A program made the position numbers and the translations under genes. Source: Octopus vulgaris (Eukaryota). Taken from it: DNA of 64,000 nucleotides. The notes under the pieces were generated by a model that saw only the letters and a program-made list of their open reading frames with translations, was not told the DNA's origin and searched no databases. Of this stretch, positions 12,851-31,507 are shown piece after piece. Each line of letters starts with the position of its first letter. Position 1 is the first letter of the stretch. Location: assembly GCA_951406725.2 (NCBI GenBank), contig OX597816.1:176452001-176516000 (forward strand), read 5' to 3'.

Positions 12851-12890
12851 ACCATTGATAAACAAAAAATATTGTTGAAACTAGTTTGGT
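12851..12890 (+). ncRNA. Decayed hammerhead-like motif near the 3' end of a PLE-like remnant abutting (TA)n
   Basis: ACCA-TTGATA-AACAA(aaaata)TTGTT-GAAA-CTAG-TT-TGGT. Stems I and II pair and AACTAGTT is palindromic, but the core is non-canonical. Confidence 0.45.
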
Positions 12891-12998
12891 TTATGTATAA
12901 ATATATTTATAGAAAAATAATTACAAGTTTTTCAAATTTAGGTTAATTTTCAACAACAAATTTGCCTATATTTTTTACTGCGTAGAAACACACCCTCT

Positions 12999-13043
<45 letters not shown>

Positions 13044-13086
13044 GATAAATCTCAGAGCAAGTTATAAACAGTAGCGGTAACACATC

Positions 13087-13299
13087 GTGATGCATATATG
13101 CCATTTGAATATGGCTAACCCATAAGGGTGGATGCTACTGTAGTTTGAAGACGGGGAGGATGACTCTCCTTCACAAATACTGACAGGACACAGATACTGT
13201 GTCTATAGCTAGCGGGAGGAGATATCTTCCTGGGGCTACAAACTACAGTAGCATCCACCCTTATGGGTTAGCCATATTCAAATGGCATATATGCATCAC
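13087..13299. repeat. Short element with perfect 61-bp inverted repeats, lying between (TA)n tracts
   Basis: 13087-13147 is the exact reverse complement of 13239-13299. Confidence 0.85.
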
Positions 13300-13581
13300 A
13301 GATGATATATATATATATATACACACACACACATAATTGGATTACCTATTACTGTTTAAAGCACTAAACCAAATATTTCAAGCTATTACTGACTATTTCA
13401 AAATATCGTTCTTATAAAACATTCTGATATTTTATTCAAAATATGTATTTCCCCGTTTTGTAGAAGAGCGAACGAAAGAAAAAATTATTTCTGCAAATTG
13501 AGCACGAAGGGAAGGAACGTTTCAAAAAAAATTAATAGAGTTATACCCCCTTGATCAGTTTTAAAATCAGCTGCAGTTTAC

Positions 13582-13704
13582 CTTGTCTCCGACTCGTGCT
13601 CCTAGTCTCAGGGGTTGTCGTCTTCACCATGCCTGAAGTGCTACTCATTCGGTGTTTAATGAAAGTGGTAGTAGTAGTTACTGGTTTGCTGGACATAGTA
13701 CGTC
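13582..13704 (-). CDS. IL-17R-like exon: Ser/Thr-rich membrane-proximal stalk (123 nt)
   Basis: ttttcatgatag|GA...CAAG|gtaaac. RTMSSKPVTTTTTFIKHRMSSTSGMVKTTTPETRSTSRRQ, phase 1-1. Confidence 0.85.
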
Positions 13705-14509
13705 CTATCATGAAAAAAAAAAAGAATAGTAGCAATTATAATTATTGGCTACACATGCCAAGTTGAGAAGAGTAGATGGATGAAATACAAGAATAGATGA
13801 TTTACACAGAAAAAAAGGGTAAAATGAGTAATAATAATAAAAAACAATAACAATAGAGAACAAGAAAAAGTCCCTAGAATGTAGAAAAAGTAAGTATATA
13901 AAGCAATTTGGGACGTCCCATTGATAACTACCAATTACCTCTTTCAGTTGTTTTGACAACCCTACAGTTACATTGAATCAGTTTTAATCTCACCAATTTC
14001 ATCCATCTTTCATAAAATTCAATAGGGAGAAACACTTCCCTTCCAAACTCACCTTCCCAAGTCGTACCTGAGGAAAGAGATGAAGGGCTGGTTTAAGAAG
14101 AAAAGTTCTGTCCTTTCAAATATAGGCCACTACACAACTTACTTCACCTCAGCCACTAAGCAAAAGAAGACCATTCTTCCTTACCGAAAAGAGGCAGTGA
14201 GTTGATCTTCAAATTCCAAAGAAAGCTAGATCTGTCCGACATATGTTCAACATAAACTCATAAATCAATATTATACGGAGATTGAACAAGTGTGTGGGAG
14301 ACGGTTTTGTTGCTCAGCATGCATCTGAGGTTGTTCTGGTGATTCCATCAGTCATACCAGTAGTTTTAGTAAATACACAATAATTCTACTCACTGTAGCA
14401 TTGCTGACCAAGACGTTTTGGAAATTGTTCATAATCCAGACATGAAAATCCTCTAAAAGAAATTACTCAGACAGTGCTCATCATTTAATCCTAGATTACA
14501 ATCTATCAT

Positions 14510-14843
14510 GAAGGCGCATGGCTCAGTGGTTAGAGCGTCGAGTTTACGATCGTGAGGTTGTGAGCTCGAATCCTGGACCGGGCTGCGTGTTGTGTTCTTG
14601 AGCAAGACACTTTATTTCACGTTGCTCCAGTTCACTCAGCTGTAGAAATGAGTTGCGACATCACGGGTGCCAAGCTATATCGGCCTTTGCCTTTCCCTTG
14701 GATAACACTGGTGGTGTGGAGAGTGGGGCTGGTATGCATGGGCGACTGCTGGTCTTCCATAAAACCACCTTGCCCAGACTTGTGACTAGGAGGGTAACTT
14801 TCTAGGTGCAATCCCATGGTCAGTGTTGTGACCGAAGGAGGTC
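14510..14843 (+). mobile_element. tRNA-derived SINE, family C (copies ~40185-40420, 40905-41235)
   Basis: GGCGCATGGCTCAGTGGTTAGAGC...CTCGAATCC head and central CTTGAGCAAGACACTT domain, repeated elsewhere in the window. Confidence 0.8.
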
Positions 14844-15855
14844 CCAGATTCCAGACAATCTATCATACCTTCCAATAACCCTCTACAGAATACAAAGAAT
14901 GATGTTTCACTGGAGGCCAAGTATCTAGCTGTAGAATGTGACGAGTGCATGGCAGGGCTCCAGATGGCAAAGTCCAACCTCTGTCTATACCTGACCCAGG
15001 ACTACAATGTCTCACAAACCACAACTTCTCATTATCATCTTCTAGGAATTTTTGCATCTGTCATAACTTGAGTATTTTCCTGCACATTCAAACACTCCTC
15101 TGGAGTGGATATTAGCAACAGACGAACTTCTTAACCAGCAGGAACTGTCCCTCTCCACAAAACAAAAGAGCATAGGCTCCAATTTGGAATAGTAACAACC
15201 ACAGGAATAATACCTATAATCTAAGTGATATTTTTTGCAACATTTATTATATTTGGTACAAAATACTACACATGAAAAATGTAAGCTTGAAAAACTGCAT
15301 CTGACAGCAACAAATGCACAAATGTATAATTAACTTGTTTCTCATCATCATCATCATATTAACATCTGGGAATCAGTGAATGTTGCATAACTTAACATAA
15401 CTGGCAAATCTATATTTCCCTTCATTCTCTGTCATTTCATATATATATATATATATCCATTGTCATCATCATCAGTATTTTGACATCTACTTTTTCATGT
15501 TTGCAGAGGTCAGATAGAATTCATGAAGCCAGATTTTCTATGGCCAGGTGCTCTTCCTGTTGCTAACCCTGATCAATGCTTTCCCAGAGCCAACCAGGTT
15601 TTCACAAAGACTGGAAATGAAGAACACTGCTCGTTAGCTGGTGATGCTTGTCACAATTTTTGCATGATGTCAAGACATGGACACACGGACACACACAACA
15701 GGTTTCTTTGAATTTCCATCAACCAAATCCACTCACAAGGATTTGGTCAGCCCCCAAAAATAGCAGAAGTCATTTGCCTAACATGCCACACAGTGGGATT
15801 GAACTTAAAATCATTTGATTGGGGAGCAAGTTTCAGTTATACCTCTCTCTCTCTT

Positions 15856-15893
<38 letters not shown>

Positions 15894-16591
15894 CACACAA
15901 ACACACCTGTGTATTTGAAATAAACAAGCAGAAAACCATAATGATGTGAACCAGAAGTAGGAGGGTTACGATAATGCTTGTTTCTATAATAATTCATTGT
16001 TTCTTAAAATGGTACAATGTGTACAGGGAAGTGTTGTTAACTAAATCAACCTCAGTGCAAGCCTAGTATTTTACTTATCCTCTATCAATCAATAACAACA
16101 ACAACAACAACAATAATGTCTTTTCATAAGACCCAAAGCCAAATTTTGTACTAAAAGGGTGCTGCAAATTAAATTAATCACATTATATTCGTACTTATTC
16201 CAATAATCCTATAGGAGAAAAGGCAAAGTTGACATTAACAAGACTTGGAGCTGGAACACAGAAGAACAAAACTAAATACTTCCAACTCAATGAGAGCACT
16301 TAGTAATATTTCTTATACCTTATAAAACATGCACTTATTTTTATAACCTGTGTAAGGCTGAAAGCAAAGTTGAATCAAGTAGAAGGTAAACTAAGAAAAG
16401 ACAAGAAACAAAACTAGAGCAGATGTTATCACAGCTCAGCTGGGGAGTTAAAGAGAACAAAACTGTTGAGAACAAAACATCATTACATGGTGTCCGAAAG
16501 ATTTTCACAAAATTTACTTTGTTGCAACAATTCAGAACTCCAGACACATAAAAGTTACTTTACTGATTTGCAAAAACCCATATCCAAATAA

Positions 16592-17017
16592 ATGGCAATC
16601 GAACCAATTCTACTATATGGCTCAGAAACCTGGAAGTTATCAAAGAAGCTTGAGAGGCGGTTGGATGGAACCTACACTCGCCTCCTTATGAGAGCTCAAA
16701 ATCTCTCGTGGAAGTGCCATCCACCCAAAATGCAAATATATGGGAAACTACCACCTGTGTCATCTCTTGTGAAAGGTAGAAGAGTCCAGTTTGCTGAACA
16801 TTGTTGTAGAGCTGGAAACAAGGCAATTTCTACTCTTCTTCTCTGGAAGCCATCTACTCGCAATACCAGAGGGCGCACACTCTCCTACCCTGATGTAATC
16901 TCCAGGGATACAGGCATCCAGCAACAGGACCTCCGCAATGCCATGATGGACTGTGAAGTCTGGCATAGCATGGTAAATTCCATTGTCTCGACCACGGTCG
17001 AACAATGATGATGATGA
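16592..17017 (+). mobile_element. RTE-group LINE 3' fragment with (GAT)n tail
   Basis: EPILLYGSETW..LDGTYTRLLMRAQNLSW..RRVQFAEHC. A homologous piece lies at 62676-62902. Confidence 0.85.
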
Positions 17018-17441
17018 CTGTATTGGGTTTTTTTCTCCCTACCTCTTCTGCAAATACTTCAACAGCCTCTGTTCCACTAAACTAGAAAGCTGTTTACCAC
17101 CTCTGTATTAGTCCTACCCAACACATATGCTGCATTTCATCACTCTTCACAAAGTGCACTTTGCCATTCATTCTCCACCAAAACTACAACCTTCTTGAAT
17201 TCTTTCATGACCCATGTTCCCTTACAGATGTTGACCAATAAAACATCAAACTGAGTAGCAGCTAGATCAATTACACTTATCTGTGCGAGTTTCTTATTAA
17301 TTAATAATAATAATAAACAAATATATTAATCAGAGAGAAATATCTCTGGATAAACTGCCCCAAAACATGCCTGTATTCTTGTTATTGATGCCAGAACAAC
17401 AAAATGATAAGTGGAACCTAACAGAATACACTCTCAAAAAA

Positions 17442-17472
<31 letters not shown>

Positions 17473-19094
17473 ACTAACTGCTGTAATGCATTTAGTTTGT
17501 TGTGCTACTTTCTGGCACTCCTCCACCACTGCATGTAGTTTTTTTAAAGTTTTTTTATTAATAAGAAAATATTATAAATAAATCGAACTGTTTTCAGTAA
17601 GACATTTCTTTATTCTTATGAATATGCAAGAAATGAGAAATTGAAGCCCCAAAGCCCTTAGAGCAGCAGAGAAACTATGATGTTTGTTAATCTTTAGTCT
17701 AGATTGAATAAAACTCAAGTAAATTTCAGAATACAATTTCCTTTTTGCAAAGATTCATTTAGCAGAAAATAAGTACGAATTACCAAGTAGCACAGGCTAC
17801 AAACCATTGTGCAGCGTAATAATGAGTAGGAATCTTCCCAAAATATATCAGAGAAGTGATAGAGAAAGCAGAAAGCAGCAAGAGTGTATAAACCAAAATA
17901 TAGTTGCGATAATTTTGTCATAGATCATTCCTTAAAGAATATAGCCTTTATTTTCTTTTAGAGGTAGTTAAGGAATATGCAGCAAGAAAACAGAACCACC
18001 AGCTCCAATGAGTGTATAGCAGCAGCAGTCTAGAATTCACCTGACCTTGAACTTGTATATAACATCAGAAAGAATTGGTAGAAGTACTTCCAAATTCAGT
18101 AGGGAAAATCTCAGTTTCTTGACAAAGGCTTCAAAACAGTGTTTTTTGCACCTGTCTGATCTTGAGAGTGCAATACTATACCCCTTGGGGAAAACAGCTG
18201 GAGTATAAAGATTATTCATTGTAAGAATGGGAAGTTTAATTTTTTCATAAATTCTTTAACAGTTCATATTCATATCTGCTTGAAAGAAGTTATTTCCTTA
18301 AGATTGAAAGATTGAACTTAATCCATATTAAACCTAGAATAATCAATGGATTTATAAGTGAAGGAAAAAGGTTGTTAAAAGAAGAAGAAATTTTTTTCTA
18401 TTTCCTTAAAAATATCTTGACTTGTTTTTGATAAAATCATTTTGACTATTAGTTTAAATTACCTTGAAAAAAGTTAAACCACTTAAATTTCAAAGATAAA
18501 CATGAAAGGAGAACTTTTATTAATTTTTAACATAAATATTTAATATAAATTTATTCTTCAAATATATGGAAGATTCAGTTTAGAGTGAGGGCTAAAACTC
18601 TGCTAAGTTTCTTTTTATGGTAATACATAAATCTACAAAAACTGCCAATGTTGTTTTGATGCGAATACAGCAGAACAGTATGCATTTTTAAACAATCGTA
18701 TTTTCTCTCTTCAATAATTAACTACCCATGAAAATATAATCCTATATTCAAATTGCCATTCAATCAAACCTTTGAATCACATGCTAATTATAATGGCTCT
18801 TGAGAATTGAAATATCATTGGTCATATTCTCTGTTTTATAAAGTACAATTGGCAGAACTATTTCCAAAAAGGAAGTACACAGCAAGAGGAATTTCATCCT
18901 TAAGTGAAGTTAAATATTCAAACAATAAAGATGGTGTTTAACCTTTTAACATTCAAACCAACCACCAGCCTAAATATTCTACCTATTTTATGTTCAGATC
19001 CAACCTATCACACCTATCCTACAATGTGATTCTAAAAATTAACAATCACATCATTGAAATCTCAAAGCTACATTATTTTGCTTGATAACTTCAA

Positions 19095-19329
19095 GGCGGC
19101 GAGCTGGCAGAAACGTTAGCACGCCGGGCGAAATGCGTTGCCGTATTTCGTCTGCCGTTACGTTCCGAGTTCAAATTCCGCCCAGGTCGACTTTGCCTTT
19201 CATCCTTCCGGGGTCGATAAATTAAGTACCAGTTACGCACTGGGGTCGATGTAATCGACTTAATCCGTTTGTCTGTCCTTGTTTGTCTCCTCTAAGTTTA
19301 GCCCCTTGTGGGTAGTAAAGAAATATATA
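19095..19329 (+). mobile_element. tRNA-derived SINE (family D) inserted in a family-A MITE
   Basis: GGCGGCGAGCTGGCAGAA...GTTCAAATTCC head and GTCGACTTTGCCTTTCATCC core. Imperfect ~17-bp TSD TTGCTTGA(TA/CT)ACTTCAA. Confidence 0.8.
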
Positions 19330-20013
19330 TTGCTTGACTACTTCAAAGCAATATGAATAAATATGCATTACAATTAACAGAGTAATCTGAATGCTAAAGG
19401 GTTAAATGCTCCAAAGTTATCTGAAAAAGATGCATAGTAATGGGATTTTTGGTGATAGGGTTTTTTTTCTTTTTTCTTTTTGCATCAAATGAGTAATGCA
19501 GTGCAAGATGAAATTTAACATTACACTGTCAAGTGCTTATATATCCATCTTAAATAGCCACTGGAAAAGCAAGCCATTACATCTGGCTCAAGTGAGAGGA
19601 CAAGTGGTGCAGCAAGAACAAGCATTAAAGAGAGTAGAAACATCTGGCCCTGAAACCACAGCATTTGACTCAATGAAATTTATGCTGTTGAGTGAGAGTT
19701 CTGTCACTGACATCAGCGGGACCCCAAGCAGCTTTCGTGATATGGTCAAAGGGGCTAAAACACCTACAGAGCTGCTTCACCACCTGATGAGATGCTCACA
19801 CCTGCATTTAGAGTACAGAAGCACCCTCAGTACACAAAATTATCTTAAAATATTAAGAAAATTACTCCCACTTAAATGTTAGAAATGTAGTCTAATCTCA
19901 ACCAGTTAAATTCTGTCAAAATCCAATAAAATTCAGAAAAAATCAGATTAAGTTTTTAGGAATGAAGAATATTTGCAAATTATTAATTTATAATTATGGA
20001 AAAGAATACAAAC

Positions 20014-20104
20014 CTGTATTTTTCTGTGGGCTGCCCATTACAAAAGAAGTTGAGTTCATAGTCTTACACAACTGAACCTCACAATCTGAGCTGATGACAC
20101 TAAC
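20014..20104 (-). CDS. IL-17R-like exon (91 nt): VSVISSDCEVQLCKTMNSTSFVMGSPQKNT
   Basis: catcag|GTT...ACAG|gtttgt, phase 0-1. Continues the FnIII F strand from the 63-nt exon. Confidence 0.82.
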
Positions 20105-20812
20105 CTGATGAGATAACATTAATAATAACAGAATAAATAAATAAATAACAGTAACTTGGCCAATATGATTACAAAAATAGGTTTCAGAAAAATAATACAT
20201 GCAAAACCATAGAAGGGCCAACAACTTCTCACAGAAAAACTTGATATGCAACTGAAATTCTAATGATGGACAAACATAAATGTAGTACAGCATGAGTCTC
20301 TCTCCAAATTTCCCCTTTCTCTTCCAATAAGGAGTCTATTTACATATAGGGTTTATTGCTAACATGCTTTACAGTGTTTAAGTCATTAGACTAGTTATGC
20401 AGTCCAATTCAGTACTGACTCAAACCCAGGATTTATTTCACAGTCTGAGAAATGCCTTATCAATCACCATTCGTCAAACCCCTAAATTACAAGACATAAA
20501 CACAGTCACAGTGCTTTTGCAAGAATGTCAATGTAATGGCAGACACATAAACGCAGACATGCTCACATAGATACTTGCAGGGCTGGCCTTAAGCCAACTT
20601 GACTGATTGCTGCCAATCGAGCCCAGGGAGGCCACATCCTATACTGCAACAGACATTTCATGGTGTCCTCCATGAAGTTTACAAACCCTATGCTTGGAAT
20701 GACCAATTTTATATATATGTATATATATATGTATATATATGTATATATATTTATAATATATATATATAATATATGTATATATATTTATAATATATATATA
20801 TATATATTTATA

Positions 20813-20884
<72 letters not shown>

Positions 20885-20886
<2 letters not shown>

Positions 20887-21040
20887 CGCAGGAGTGGCTG
20901 TGTGGTAAGTAGCTTGCTAACCAACCACATGGTTCCGGGTTCAGTCCCACTGCGTGGCACCTTGGGCAAGTGTCTTCTATAGCCCCGGGCCGACCAAGCC
21001 TTGTGAGTGGATTTGGTAGACGGAAACTGAAAGAAGCCTG
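20885..21040 (+). mobile_element. CORE-like tRNA SINE (family E), 5' half only
   Basis: GGCGCAGGAGTGGCTGTGTGGTAAG...GGTTCAGTCCC...CCTTGGGCAAGTG. Stops where intact copies carry their internal (TA)n. Confidence 0.85.
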
Positions 21041-21119
21041 TATTATTTAAATATATAACAAAATTATTAAAAAAATATAATTAATTTTTTTAATAATTTT
21101 GTTACATATTTAAATAATA
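21041..21119. repeat. AT-rich palindrome with 36-bp arms and one mismatch
   Basis: 21041-21076 pairs with 21084-21119. Confidence 0.85.
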
Positions 21120-21362
21120 TAAATTAAATAATCTTATGTATTGGCTTAAGTTTTTCACTGTATGATTTGCCTAATAGTGGTTTTATCTCTAATTTAATAT
21201 AATATAATATTTTACTATAAAATTGGATTCAATCTTAAATCTGATTTTTCCCTGTAAGTTTGGATTTATTCCCTAATATTTATTATATGTATATATATAT
21301 ATATTTATATATATATACATATATATATCAAATAAAATCAAAAACAGAACACAAAGGATGTC

Positions 21363-21453
21363 GCGGTACACGTGTTTCAAGCTTTATAAATGACCTGTTC
21401 TTACATCAGTGTATAATAGATATAAAGGATGGTTTAAAGCTCTCTTCAGCCGC
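21363..21453 (-). ncRNA. Type-I hammerhead ribozyme with a long loop II, at the 3' end of a ~1.4-kb non-coding element (~21330-22697)
   Basis: Minus strand: GCGG-CTGAAGA-GAGCTTTA...TAAAGCTT-GAAA-CACGTG-TA-CCGC. Complete core, GUA site and palindromic helix III. Confidence 0.8.
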
Positions 21454-22748
21454 ATGCATTGTTTTTCCAAAGAGTTACATCACACTATAAAAGATATGAA
21501 AAGTACATGTAGTATTACCCATAATAATAGGTATATCATATCTCCCTGAGAAAGTGTATTTGTAAAATTTCATAACTACATAGGCGTGTAGGGGCTCATT
21601 GGATTTCGAAAACCCGTATCACCAGTCAGCATAGAGTGAATGTCAAATGGAATTGAATGGGTTCATTCTTCTTGTAAGGAAATAGAAATAAAGAGAAATA
21701 AAGAGAAGGAAAAAGAAAAAGGAGGAAAATAGGGAGAACATGGAGAGGAAAAAAATAGATAGATATATAGATATATATATTTATATATATATTGATATGA
21801 AGGTCAAAATGGAGAAAAAGTGCTGTGACCTAGTTTCGTGGTTTGGCGCCGGACAGACTGGGGAAAGCTTTTGTCCTGTCATTTCTAGGGAAATTAATGA
21901 GGTTGGAAGATACCTCTGACCCTTATCCGGTCAAGCAAGGAAAAAAATAAAAATGCTACCCTTTAAAATGTGGCGAGCTGGGGGTTTGTTAGTCAGTTGG
22001 CAACAGGGTAGTTGGCGTGAGGGTCAATGCAGAGATGACAGTTGGCAAGAGGCGAGAAGGACAGGTAAATAGTGTTAGGGCATGTCAAGCGAAAGGAACT
22101 AAGGGAGATTACGGTGAGAAGGCTGGATTGCTGTAGTAGGAGTTTGTAACGAGAAAATGAGTGGTAATGTTTGTTTATGTTTTCGTTGTTGTATTTTGGG
22201 ATGTTGATGTGAAATGTAAAAAGAGAAAGAAAAAGAAGAGAAAAGAACTGGGAGTTGTGTCAAAAAAAAGGAAAAGAACATTGTGTTAAAAAAAGAAAGA
22301 AGGAAAGAGAAAGACTTTAATTTGAACTGTTTCGAACTATGTATTGCGTTGAACATTAATGTTTTGATTGTCTTCGGACTTGGCATATTGTGCATGCATT
22401 GACTGTTGTTTTTTTTCTTTTTTTAATTCTGTATTTTCTTTAATGTATCTGAATTGTATCATGTTTTATTTGATGTTGTAACAATTGTATCAACTGTTGT
22501 TAAATGTAAGCAACTGCCTTCCGCCGTCACTCTCTCTCTTCCTGTTGCTGTTGTTATCTCCGGTTACCGATCTGAGTTCGCTGCCATCCCCACCACCGTT
22601 TTCTTTGGCGGATTCCGTTTGACTGAGCCTGGTCATCGTGGTCGCTCGACTTAGTAGGGTACCAGGTTCGAGTTGAGCTACGGCAGGTTTGTAACAATAT
22701 ATATATGTATGTATATATTTATATATATACATATATAGATACATATAG

Positions 22749-23053
<305 letters not shown>

Positions 23054-23086
23054 TATTTATATGTAAATATATACATATATATATAT

Positions 23087-24187
<1,101 letters not shown>

Positions 24188-24334
24188 AAATATATACATA
24201 TACATTTATATATACATGTATATATATACATATAAAGTTAATCTAAACAAGAAAGCACAAAAAAACACAACAACGCTAGGACGTGGAACAAATATAGTAT
24301 TATTGAACGCTCAGGAAAGAAGGAAAGAAGGAGG

Positions 24335-24369
24335 GTTAAACGTTTCGAGCGGAGCTCTTCGTCAGAAAC
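24335..24369 (-). ncRNA. Minimal hammerhead in a ~210-bp element (24235-24445) between (TA)n tracts
   Basis: GTTT-CTGACGA-A-GAGC(TCC)GCTC-GAAA-CG-TT-TAAC. Extra A after A9, palindrome AAACGTTT, one stem I mismatch. Confidence 0.7.
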
Positions 24370-24455
24370 ATAGGAGGAGGAGGAAAGATCCAGAGAAGGG
24401 AAGACCGACGAAAAAAATCGCCAACGGTACACATGCGGTCACATTTATACATATA

Positions 24456-24488
<33 letters not shown>

Positions 24489-24499
24489 TTATTTATATA

Positions 24500-25378
24500 A
24501 TAACATATCTTCTGATAGATAATATCTGTTATAATTGTGCAGTGGTGGTGGGAGATAATAATTCACCTTTCTGAAAGACCTGTGGTGAATAAGACCTGTG
24601 GTGGGAATAATTAAACTTCTGCGGCTGTCACGTTTCGTCTTTATAGATACAAACAGAAATACATTGAGCGATGCGTTGGAGAAGAAAGAGAGACGGTGGA
24701 GGTGTCAAGCATTGTTATATAGAAAGAAGGTGGAGGGAAGGGGGAAAAGAGAGAGATTGAGGAAGAAAAGGTGATATATGAAAGGGAGGACTGAAAAATG
24801 AAATATCTTGAAACCTAAAGATGATTTGCCTTAAGAGAAAGATTCTCATGATTGTGTGGTGGTGGTTGTGGCGATGATAATTCTCTTTATGAATGCAGAC
24901 AGACATAGAGAGAGAGAGAGTGACAGCGCTTGCGAAGGCGGCTGAGGAAAGATAGTAGACGCTATCAAACGATGTTATAGAGAGAAAGTGAAAGGAAGGG
25001 AGGAAAGAGAGAGAGAGAGAGATAGAGAAAGACAGGCAGATAATAGAATGCGATGGCGGCGGGGGAAAGATAATAGACGCTGCGAAATGATGTTATAGAG
25101 AGGACGTGAAAGGAAGGGAGGAAAGATAGTGAGAGATGGAAAAAGACAGACACATAAAAGAATGAGAGTAGACTTGTCAAAGTGTGCGTTTTTGGTCCTA
25201 GCAATGACACCTTTTAAGATGGAGACTTCTAACCTAGCCCACTCGCATCCTCACCTCATTTTACATGTCCCTGTAAATTTTGGAGTCAATCCGACGGGAT
25301 CTAGTGGCCTTTAACCCATTCTCAATGCCAAAACCAGACAAACAAACTTTTTGCATTTCAGAATTATAATATAGAGAT
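24500..25378 (+). mobile_element. Possible non-autonomous Helitron-like element with purine-rich internal repeats
   Basis: The 3' end aaattttggagtcaatccga...agacaaacaaactttt...ttataatatagag resembles invertebrate non-autonomous Helitron ends. There is no coding evidence. Confidence 0.35.
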
Positions 25379-25441
25379 AAATAAATAAATGGAGTTTAAC
25401 GCAGGTATTATTCAAATACTTTTACTTCAGACACATGTTTC

Positions 25442-25494
<53 letters not shown>

Positions 25495-25499
25495 TCTAT

Positions 25500-28682
<3,183 letters not shown>

Positions 28683-28695
28683 TATAAATATATAT

Positions 28696-29702
<1,007 letters not shown>

Positions 29703-29747
29703 TATATATATATACATATATAGATATATATATATATATATATAGAT

Positions 29748-31093
<1,346 letters not shown>

Positions 31094-31094
31094 T

Positions 31095-31507
31095 TTGTCT
31101 TTTGTCTTTTACTTGTTTCAGTCATTTGACTGCGGCCATGCTGGAGCACCGCCTTTAGTCAAGCAAATCGACCCTGGGACTTATTCTTTGTAAGCCCAGT
31201 ACTTATTCTATCGGTCTCTTTTGCCGAACCGCTAAGTGACGGGGACGTAAACACACCAGCATCGGTTGTCAAGCAATGCTAGGGGGACAAACACAGACAC
31301 ACAAACACATATATATACATATATATATATATATACATATATACGACGGCCTTCTTTCAGTTTCCGTCTACCAAATCCACTCACAAGGCATTGGTCGGCC
31401 CGGGGCTATAGCCGAAGACACTTGCCCAAGATGCCATGCAGTGGGACTGAACCCGGAACCATGTGGTTGGTTAGCAAGCTACTTACCACACAGCCACTCC
31501 TGCGCCT
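31095..31507 (-). mobile_element. CORE-like SINE family E, full length (other copies 31530-31902 -, 38390-38768 -, 50125-50535 +, 60550-60955 -, plus fragments)
   Basis: tRNA head, CTTGGGCAAGTG core, internal (TA)/(TG) microsatellite and LINE-like 3' tail. Multiple near-identical copies. Confidence 0.9.

Noticed and set aside
13168-13215. CTGACAG plus hairpin as a hammerhead
   Set aside because: No GAAA box after the stem and no stem I partner.
18037-18219. Minus-strand ORF ending near a possible donor (CAG|GTGAAT)
   Set aside because: Not needed for phase continuity, no clear acceptor and no FnIII or stalk character.
19496-19882. 128-aa plus-strand ORF
   Set aside because: No recognisable domain or splice context; antisense within an intron.
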